A stretch of DNA of 40,484 bases from an uncultured Clostridia bacterium (GTDB lineage: Bacteria; Bacillota; Clostridia; Oscillospirales; Oscillospiraceae): the NCBI GenBank assembly GCA_945946745.1, contig CAMEWZ010000001.1, forward strand, positions 1 through 40,484, read 5' to 3'. The notes under the pieces were generated by a model, which was given only the letters and a program-made list of their open reading frames with translations, did not search any database and was not told where the DNA came from. This document shows positions 9,159 through 16,219 of this stretch, piece by piece. Position numbers and translations under genes: made by a program. How positions within the stretch are numbered: position 1 is the first letter of the stretch; each line of letters starts with the position of its first letter.

Positions 9159-9187
9159 TTGACTAACCGGGGAAATCCTGTTATAAT
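9159..9187 (+). promoter_or_regulatory. sigmaA promoter of the mntP leader
   Basis: TTGACT-17bp-TATAAT with TG extension. Confidence 0.75.
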
Positions 9188-9192
9188 CCCAA

Positions 9193-9282
9193 CCGAAGAG
9201 GGAGTAGTCGGCGCGGAATGCGGGACTGGATCGACATGCTGGGGTAACCCCGGTTCAGCCTAAAATGACGAGACTTTTGCGG
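9193..9282 (+). ncRNA. yybP-ykoY manganese riboswitch
   Basis: P1 CCGAAGAG/CTTTTGCGG, GGGAGTAG, TCGACAT and GACGAGAC motifs; directly upstream of mntP; downstream stem (about 9308-9348) covers GGAGG and ends in a T-run. Confidence 0.8.
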
Positions 9283-9354
9283 ACCGGCTCAGTCTCTTCT
9301 TTCCAAGGCTTCTGTGCTGGTCAGAATTCTGATTGTGTACGGAGGTTGTTTTTT

Positions 9355-9936
9355 ATGGGTTTTGTAGAATTGCTGCTGCTGGCGGTTGGGCTGAGTATGG
9401 ACGCCTTCGCGGTGTCCGTGTGCAAGGGCCTGGCCATGAAGAAGGCAACCTTAAAAGCGGAGTTGACCTGCGGCGTCTGGTTCGGCGGCTTTCAGGCGCT
9501 GATGCCGGTGATCGGCTTCTTTTTGGGTGCCATGTTTGCCGGAGCCATCTCGTCCTTTGATCATTGGGTGGCCTTTTTCCTGCTGGCGGTCATCGGCATC
9601 AACATGCTGAAGGAGGCCCTGGAAAAGCAGGAGGAGAGCTGCGGTGGGGACTGCGGGTGCGCGGATCTGTCGGTGAAGACCATGTTCGTCATGGCGGTAG
9701 CCACCTCCATCGACGCTTTGGCCGTGGGCATTTCCCTGGCCATGGCGGGAGACGTGAACATTCTGACGGCGGCGGTGCTGATCGGCGTGTGCACCTGCGC
9801 CCTGTCCGCCGTCGGCGTGAAAATCGGCAATGTGTTCGGCAGCCGCTATGAAAAGCGGGCGCAGATCGCCGGCGGTGTCATTCTGATTCTGCTGGGCGTG
9901 AAGATTTTGCTGGAGCATTTGGGAGTGTTGGCATGA
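9355..9936 (+). CDS. mntP: Manganese efflux pump
   Basis: GLSMDAFAVS, FQALMP, DHW, ATSIDALAVG. Confidence 0.93.
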   Translation: MGFVELLLLAVGLSMDAFAVSVCKGLAMKKATLKAELTCGVWFGGFQALMPVIGFFLGAMFAGAISSFDHWVAFFLLAVIGINMLKEALEKQEESCGGDCGCADLSVKTMFVMAVATSIDALAVGISLAMAGDVNILTAAVLIGVCTCALSAVGVKIGNVFGSRYEKRAQIAGGVILILLGVKILLEHLGVLA

Positions 9937-10391
9937 TCCGTTCGGACAAGCGTATCCGGCTGTGCTGTGTGCTGCTGGTGTGCAATCTGGCCTTCATCTG
10001 GGGCAATTCCTTGATGCCCGGGGAGGTTTCCGGGGCCTTCAGCGACTGGGTGAAGGCGTTCCTGGAGCAGTTGATGCCCGGGGAGGACGATGGTCTGCCC
10101 GGGGGCGGGCTGCTGCGGAAAATGGCCCATTTCACGGAATTTGGCCTGCTGGGCATGTGCCTGGGCTGGCTGTTTGGTATGCTGCGGAAAAAGAAAACCT
10201 GGCCCATCGCCCTGGGCGTGGCCGCCGCCTGCGTGGACGAAACCATCCAGCGCTTCGTCCCCGGCCGGGTGTCCAGCTTGAAGGATGTGGCCATCGACAG
10301 CTGCGGCATGCTGACAGGTATGCTCCTGCTGTATTGCGGGCATATTTATTGTAAGCGAAGACGGACTAAGCATTTTTCGGAGGATATGTAA
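9933..10391 (+). CDS. VanZ-family membrane protein
   Basis: FIWGNS, RKMAHFTEF, ACVDETIQRFVPGR, DVAID. Confidence 0.85.
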   Translation: MIRSDKRIRLCCVLLVCNLAFIWGNSLMPGEVSGAFSDWVKAFLEQLMPGEDDGLPGGGLLRKMAHFTEFGLLGMCLGWLFGMLRKKKTWPIALGVAAACVDETIQRFVPGRVSSLKDVAIDSCGMLTGMLLLYCGHIYCKRRRTKHFSEDM

Positions 10392-10937
10392 ATGAAGAAA
10401 CTGTTGTCGATTCTGTTGGTTCTGGCCATGGCGGTTTCCCTGTTCACCGCTTGCGGCGGTAAGAAGGCGGAGGAAACCACTGCTCCCGCGGTCAGCGTGG
10501 AGGGTACCATGGAGGAGCTGCTGAATCAAGTGATTGCCCAGCGGCCCGTGGAATTCATGGGCGGCGTGATCCCCATTGACCTGACCGATACCAGTGAGGA
10601 CGGAGCCTGGGCGGTGAAAAGCTACACCGGCCTGGAGGACGCCGGCAAGCTGACCGAGGCCGCCGCCTATGAGCCGATGATTGGCTCCATTGCCTTCTCG
10701 ATGGTGATGGTGCGGGTGGCTCCCGGCGAGGATGCCAAGGCCGTGGCTGAGGGCATGAAAGCGGGCGTTGACCCCCGGAAGTGGATCTGCGTGGAGGCGG
10801 ACGACCTGCTGGTGGCAGGCCGGGGTGACGTGGTGATGCTCATTATGGTCAGCTCTGCCAACGAGATGACCGCCCAGTCCTTTGTGGACGCCTTCCAGAA
10901 GGTTGTGGGCGGCGAACTGGATTTTGTGTTGGAATAA
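10392..10937 (+). CDS. Lipoprotein (DUF4358-like)
   Basis: MKK signal peptide with lipobox FTAC; EPMIGSIAFS, DPRKWICV; typical neighbour of MBOAT/DHHW genes. Confidence 0.7.
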   Translation: MKKLLSILLVLAMAVSLFTACGGKKAEETTAPAVSVEGTMEELLNQVIAQRPVEFMGGVIPIDLTDTSEDGAWAVKSYTGLEDAGKLTEAAAYEPMIGSIAFSMVMVRVAPGEDAKAVAEGMKAGVDPRKWICVEADDLLVAGRGDVVMLIMVSSANEMTAQSFVDAFQKVVGGELDFVLE

Positions 10938-10939
10938 AC

Positions 10940-10974
10940 AAAAATGGCAGCGGCGGAAGTCGCTGCCATTTTTT
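10940..10974 (+). terminator. Intrinsic terminator
   Basis: AAAAATGGCAGCGGC-GGAA-GTCGCTGCCATTTTT. Confidence 0.8.
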
Positions 10975-10990
10975 CGGATGAGGTGGACGT

Positions 10991-12376
10991 ATGGTCTTTT
11001 CAAGCATCCCCTTTTTGTACTACTTCCTGCCGGCTGTGCTGGCGGTGTATTTTCTAACGCCGAACCGGGGAAAAAACGCCGTGCTGCTGTTGGCCAGTCT
11101 GGTTTTTTACGGCTGGGGGGAGCCGCGGCTGCTGGGACTGATGGTGATCACCATTCTGGTTTTCTACCTGTGCGGCCTGGCCATCGGCCGGGCGGTTGGA
11201 CTGGGGTGGAAGAAGCTCTGGCTGGGGCTGTCTGCCGCCGTTGGGCTGGGGCTGCTGGGGGTATTCAAGTACGCGGATTTTTTCATTGGCAGCGTCAGCG
11301 CCGTTACCGGGCTGAGTCTGCCCCTGCTGAAGCTGGCCCTGCCGGTGGGCATCAGCTTCTATACCTTCCAGTGCCTAAGCTATACGGTGGATGTCTACCG
11401 GGGCAGCGTGCCGCCTCAGAAAAACCTCATCCGCTTCGGTGCCTACGTGGCACTGTTTCCCCAGCTGATTGCGGGGCCGATTGTCCGCTATCGGGACATC
11501 GCCCGGGAGCTGGAAAGCCGCAGCCATAGCTGGGAGGACATTTCCCTGGGTCTGCGCCGCTTTCTGGTGGGGCTGGGAAAAAAGGTGATTCTGGCGGACA
11601 ACTTCGCCCTGCTTATCAAGCTGTTCCGGGAAAGCAGCGAGCCGTCGCTGTTGTTTTACTGGATGTACGCGGTGGCCTTCAGCCTCAATATTTATTTTGA
11701 TTTTTCCGGGTATTCCGACATGGCCATCGGCCTGGGGCGGATTTTTGGGTTCCATTTCCCGGAGAATTTCCAATACCCCTACCTGTCCAAAAGCGTTACG
11801 GAATTCTGGCGGCGCTGGCATATCAGTCTGGGCAGCTGGTTCCGGGATTATGTCTACATTCCCCTGGGGGGCAACCGGGTCAGCCGGGTTCGGTGGGTAG
11901 GCAACATCCTGGTGGTGTGGATGCTCACGGGACTGTGGCATGGGGCGGCCTGGAATTTTGTGCTGTGGGGACTTATGTTTGCAGTGCTGCTGCTGGCGGA
12001 AAAATGGATTCCGGGCTTGCAGCGGCTGCCGGACGCTCTGCGCCACGGCTATGTGCTGCTGGCGGTGCTGCTGAGCTTCGTGCTGTTTAACGCGGAGAGC
12101 GTAAACCAGGCGGGGCGGGACTTTGCCGGCCTGTTCGGGCTGGGAGGACTGCCGCTGATTACCCCGCCGACACTTTACTATCTAAAAAGCAATGCCCTGC
12201 TGTTTGCCCTTGGCGTGGCGGGGGCGACGCCGTTGGTGAAACATGGGGCGGCCCGTCTGGCAAATACCCGCTTTGGGCCGGTGCTGGAGGCACTAGTCAT
12301 GGCGGGGCTGCTGCTGGTGTGTACGGCCTACCTGGTGGATGGCTCCTTTAGTCCCTTCCTGTATTTCCGGTTCTGA
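10991..12376 (+). CDS. MBOAT O-acyltransferase (AlgI/PatA-like)
   Basis: LPVGISFYTFQ, FPQLIAGPIVR, DFSGYSDMAIG, EFWRRWHISL, GLWHGA, FLYFRF. Confidence 0.93.
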   Translation: MVFSSIPFLYYFLPAVLAVYFLTPNRGKNAVLLLASLVFYGWGEPRLLGLMVITILVFYLCGLAIGRAVGLGWKKLWLGLSAAVGLGLLGVFKYADFFIGSVSAVTGLSLPLLKLALPVGISFYTFQCLSYTVDVYRGSVPPQKNLIRFGAYVALFPQLIAGPIVRYRDIARELESRSHSWEDISLGLRRFLVGLGKKVILADNFALLIKLFRESSEPSLLFYWMYAVAFSLNIYFDFSGYSDMAIGLGRIFGFHFPENFQYPYLSKSVTEFWRRWHISLGSWFRDYVYIPLGGNRVSRVRWVGNILVVWMLTGLWHGAAWNFVLWGLMFAVLLLAEKWIPGLQRLPDALRHGYVLLAVLLSFVLFNAESVNQAGRDFAGLFGLGGLPLITPPTLYYLKSNALLFALGVAGATPLVKHGAARLANTRFGPVLEALVMAGLLLVCTAYLVDGSFSPFLYFRF

Positions 12377-12389
12377 GGGGGGTGGAAAT

Positions 12390-13478
12390 ATGAAACGACA
12401 TGTTTTGACCGTTCCGGTGCTGCTGCTCTGGGCGGCGCTGACGGCGGCGGCCTGGCTTTCTCCGGCAAAGGAACGCTCCCTGTCCGAGCGCCGTCCCCTG
12501 GCGCAGATGCCGTCCCTCAGCGTACAGGCCCTGGAAAACGGCAGTTTTATGAAGGATTTCGAAAAATACACGCTGGATCAGTTTCCCCTGCGGGAGGGGT
12601 TCCGGCGGCTCAAGGCGGTGTTTCACCTTGATTGCCTGGGCCAGAGGGACAACAACGGCATTTATCTCTCCCAGGGCTACGCCGCCAAGCAGGAATACCC
12701 CCGAAAGCCGCAGGCGGTGGCCCACGCCTTGAAGCGGTTTCAATGGATTTATGAGCATTATCTGACGGACAGCCGGGTATTTCTGGCGGCGGTGCCGGAC
12801 AAGGGGTTCTATCTGGCGGCGGAATGCGGCCAGCTGACCATGGACTATGAAGCCCTGTTTGACCAGCTGCGCCAGGGCGCGCCCTGGGCGGCGTATGTGG
12901 ATTTGACGGACACCCTGTCCATCGGGGACTACTACCGCACCGACACCCATTGGCGTCAAGAGAAGCTGCTGTCCACGGCGGACAGACTCTGCCAGGCGCT
13001 GGGGGTGGCGTCTCCCAAGCCGGAGGACTACACTTTGACCCCGGTGGAGCGGCCCTTCTATGGGGTCTACTATGGCCAGGCGGCCCTGCCCATGGAGCCG
13101 GAGACGCTGTATCTGCTGGAAAGCGACCTTCTGGCGGGGTGCAGGGTGTTCGACTACGAGACGGGAAAAACCGGGAACATTTACGATCTGAGCAAGCTGG
13201 ACAGCCCGGATCTGTACGATGTGTACCTGTCCGGCGCCCGGGCGCTTCTGACCATCGAGAACCCCGCCGCCGATTCTGATCGGGAGCTGATTGTCTTCCG
13301 GGATTCCTTCGGCAGCTCTTTAGCGCCGCTGTTGGTGCAGGGGTATGCCCGGGTAACGCTGGTGGATATCCGCTACCTCCAGCCGGAGCTGCTGGGCCAA
13401 CTGCTGGACTTCCACGGCCAGGACGTGCTGTTCCTGTATAGCACCCTGGTGCTGAACAGCGCCGGGGCGATTAAGTAG
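12390..13478 (+). CDS. DHHW-family (AlgX/PatB-like) acetyltransferase
   Basis: N-terminal anchor, ERRPLA, DQFPLR, YRTDTHW, FRDSFG, VDIRY; follows the MBOAT gene. Confidence 0.82.
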   Translation: MKRHVLTVPVLLLWAALTAAAWLSPAKERSLSERRPLAQMPSLSVQALENGSFMKDFEKYTLDQFPLREGFRRLKAVFHLDCLGQRDNNGIYLSQGYAAKQEYPRKPQAVAHALKRFQWIYEHYLTDSRVFLAAVPDKGFYLAAECGQLTMDYEALFDQLRQGAPWAAYVDLTDTLSIGDYYRTDTHWRQEKLLSTADRLCQALGVASPKPEDYTLTPVERPFYGVYYGQAALPMEPETLYLLESDLLAGCRVFDYETGKTGNIYDLSKLDSPDLYDVYLSGARALLTIENPAADSDRELIVFRDSFGSSLAPLLVQGYARVTLVDIRYLQPELLGQLLDFHGQDVLFLYSTLVLNSAGAIK

Positions 13479-13503
13479 GAATAAACCGTGTAGAAAGAAA
13501 CGA

Positions 13504-13533
13504 ATCGCCACGCCGATGGATAGGCGTGGCGAT
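13504..13533. terminator. Bidirectional terminator hairpin
   Basis: ATCGCCACGCC/GGCGTGGCGAT between convergent genes. Confidence 0.7.
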
Positions 13534-13556
13534 GATATTTTTTGTATAAACAGATG

Positions 13557-15332
13557 TCAAATGTCAGCTTTCAACGGCTCCATCGGGGCATTGAGGCTGT
13601 ATTTGGCGGCGTAGGCCTTGTATTCCTCTCCGAACTGCTCATTATCCAGCCGGGCGGAGCGGAGGGCCTCGTGGGTGTTCCAGTCGTGGCGGGCGGTGTC
13701 AATGACGCAGCCGGCGATGTTGGAGCAGTGGTCGCCCACCCGCTCCAGAGCGGTGAGCACGTCCGACCAGACAAAGCCGGTTTCGATGCCGCAGGCCCCC
13801 TGCTGCATGCGCAGAATGTGATGCAGCCGCAGCTTCTCCTTCAGATCGTCGATCACCTGCTCCAGCGGCTCTACCTTCCGGGCCTTTTCCAGATCGTTGG
13901 TGAGGAAGGACTGGAAGGACAGATCGATGATCTCCTCCACTGCCCGGATGAGCACCATCAGCTCCTGACGGGCGGCATCGGAAAGAGCCAGCTGCTTGTT
14001 TTCCAGCTCCTCGGCGGACTCCACCAGATTCAGCGCGTGGTCGCCGATGCGTTCAAAATCGTTCAGCGCCTTTAACAGCATGGCTGCCTCCGCACTGTCG
14101 GCGGTGCTGATCTTCAGCTCGCTGAGCCGCACCAGATAGGTGCCCAGAATGTCCTCGTAGTGGTCGGTGCGGTTTTCCTCCTCCCGGACGGACTTTGCCA
14201 GATCCGGGGAGTAGCGGAGGATGGAGGCGGCTCCGTCCCGCAGAGCCTGGGCGGCTACATCCGCCATCTCTCCGGTCAGAGCACGGCAGCGCTCCAGAGC
14301 AATGGAGGGGGTGGCGAACAGGCGCTCGTCCAGTTCGGCGTTGGCCTCGGGGGCGGCGGTGTCCGGCACCAGGCGGCATACCAGCTTCTCCAGCAGGTTG
14401 CCGGAGGGCAGCAACAGGGCGGTGCAGATCACGTTAAACACGGTGTGGCAGATGGCGATGCCGAAATGGGTGGCGCTTTCCCCCAAGATGGCGGGGTTAA
14501 ACAACGCCCGTACCGCCAGGAACAGCACCAGGCAGACCAGGGTGCCAATGATGTTAAACAGCAGATGCACCAGCGCCGCCCGCTTGGCGTTTTTGGTGGC
14601 GCCCACCGAGGACAGCATGGCGGTGACGCAGGTGCCGATGTTCTGGCCCATGATGATGGGGACGGCCGCGGCATAGGTCACAGAGCCGGTGGAGGACAGA
14701 GCCTGCAAAATGCCCACCGAGGCGGAGGAGGACTGAATCACGGCGGTGAGCACTGCCCCAGCCAGTACGCCCAGCACCGGGTTGGTGAACAGCAGGAACA
14801 GCTGCTGGAAGGCGGGCACGTCCTTCAGCCCGGACACCGCGCCGGACATGGTCTCCATGCCGAACATCAGCGTGGCGAAGCCCAGCAGGATCAGTCCGGT
14901 ATCCTTCTTCCGGCTGTCCTTCAGAAACATGTAGTCGATGATGCCGATGAGCGCCAGCACCGGGGTGAAGGAACTGGGCTTCAGCAGACGGATGAAGACA
15001 TTGCTGCTTTCAATTCCCCCTAAGGACAGAATCCAGCTGGTGACGGTGGTGCCCACGTTGGCGCCCATGATGACATTGATGGCCTGGCCCAGGGTCAGCA
15101 GGCCGGAGTTGACGAAGCCAACCACCATCACGGTGGTGGCGGAGGAGGACTGAATCACCGCGGTGACCGCGAGGCCTGTGAGAAAGCCCAGCGTCCGGCT
15201 GGAGGTAAGCTTTCCCAGCAAGAGCCTGAGACCGGAGCCTGCCCGCCGCTCCAGCGCTTCCCCCATCACATTCATGCCGAATAGGAATAGACAAAGTCCG
15301 CCTATCATGGTCAGCAAATGGAAGATATCCAT
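13557..15332 (-). CDS. Na+/phosphate cotransporter with PhoU-like C-terminal domains
   Basis: Two QSSSA repeats, GANVGTT, GQNIGT, ERIGDH and ERVGDH. Confidence 0.93.
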   Translation of the reverse strand: MDIFHLLTMIGGLCLFLFGMNVMGEALERRAGSGLRLLLGKLTSSRTLGFLTGLAVTAVIQSSSATTVMVVGFVNSGLLTLGQAINVIMGANVGTTVTSWILSLGGIESSNVFIRLLKPSSFTPVLALIGIIDYMFLKDSRKKDTGLILLGFATLMFGMETMSGAVSGLKDVPAFQQLFLLFTNPVLGVLAGAVLTAVIQSSSASVGILQALSSTGSVTYAAAVPIIMGQNIGTCVTAMLSSVGATKNAKRAALVHLLFNIIGTLVCLVLFLAVRALFNPAILGESATHFGIAICHTVFNVICTALLLPSGNLLEKLVCRLVPDTAAPEANAELDERLFATPSIALERCRALTGEMADVAAQALRDGAASILRYSPDLAKSVREEENRTDHYEDILGTYLVRLSELKISTADSAEAAMLLKALNDFERIGDHALNLVESAEELENKQLALSDAARQELMVLIRAVEEIIDLSFQSFLTNDLEKARKVEPLEQVIDDLKEKLRLHHILRMQQGACGIETGFVWSDVLTALERVGDHCSNIAGCVIDTARHDWNTHEALRSARLDNEQFGEEYKAYAAKYSLNAPMEPLKADI

Positions 15333-15395
15333 AGATTTCCGCCTTTCTGTGCGTAATTGATCTCCTCCATTTTACTGTCGAAAGGTCAAATCCAT

Positions 15396-15423
15396 TATCA
15401 AAGAAATGTAAAATCTGTGTAAA
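15396..15423 (-). promoter_or_regulatory. Putative Pho-box-like direct repeats
   Basis: TTTACA-N5-TTTACA-N5-TTGATA on the minus strand, upstream of a TAAAAT -10 element (15374-15369). Confidence 0.5.
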
Positions 15424-15520
15424 GTCGTGGGTTAATAACATTTTAAGAAATCCCCCTCTTTCTTCTTAAAGGTTTTGGTGTTATAATACCTTCAGAAAAA
15501 CAGAAAGAGGGGCTGCGGCT

Positions 15521-16219
15521 ATGTATAACGTTCTGATCTGCGACGATCAGCCGGATATCGTCAACGCACTGAAGATTTATTTGACACCGGAAGGGTACCG
15601 CCTGTTCGAGGCTTACACTGGCAAGGAGGCCCTGGACATCGTCCAGCACAACGACATCCACTTGATTCTGCTGGATGTGATGATGCCTGTCATGGACGGC
15701 ATCACCGCCACCGCCCGGATCCGGGAATTTTCCAACGCCCCGATTATTTTGCTTACCGCCAAGTCCGAAACCGAGGATAAGGTGCTGGGGCTGAATGTGG
15801 GGGCGGACGATTATATCACCAAGCCCTTCGTTCCCGTGGAGGTGCTGGCCCGGGTGCGTTCGCAGCTGCGGCGCTATGCCCATCTGGGCAGCTGCCCGGA
15901 GCCATCCTCCGGCAACATCACCATCGGCGGCATCACCCTGGATGACCGGACGAAATCCGTCACCGTGGAGGGGGAAACCGTGGCCTTGACCCCCACGGAA
16001 TATGCCATACTGCATTTGCTGATGGCGAATCCCGGCAAGGTGTTCTCCACCAAGGTGCTCTATGAGTCCGTCTGGCAGGAGGCAGCCCTGGGCAGCGAGG
16101 GGGCCGTGGCGGTGCATATCCGCCACCTGCGGGAAAAGATCGAGATCAATCCCTCGGAGCCCAGATACCTGAAGGTGGTCTGGGGCCAGGGCTATAAAAT
16201 GGAGGGGGAGAAAAAATGA
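15521..16219 (+). CDS. OmpR-family response regulator
   Basis: ICDD, LLDVMMP, GADDYITKPF, LTPTEY, VHIRHLREKIE, VWGQGY. Confidence 0.95.
   Translation: MYNVLICDDQPDIVNALKIYLTPEGYRLFEAYTGKEALDIVQHNDIHLILLDVMMPVMDGITATARIREFSNAPIILLTAKSETEDKVLGLNVGADDYITKPFVPVEVLARVRSQLRRYAHLGSCPEPSSGNITIGGITLDDRTKSVTVEGETVALTPTEYAILHLLMANPGKVFSTKVLYESVWQEAALGSEGAVAVHIRHLREKIEINPSEPRYLKVVWGQGYKMEGEKK

Noticed and set aside
9933-10391. Glycopeptide resistance locus
   Set aside because: Orphan VanZ-family gene; no vanHAX or vanRS cluster in the window
10991-12376. dltB
   Set aside because: No dltA, dltC or dltD; the C-terminal FLYFRF and the DHHW partner indicate AlgI/PatA-type O-acylation
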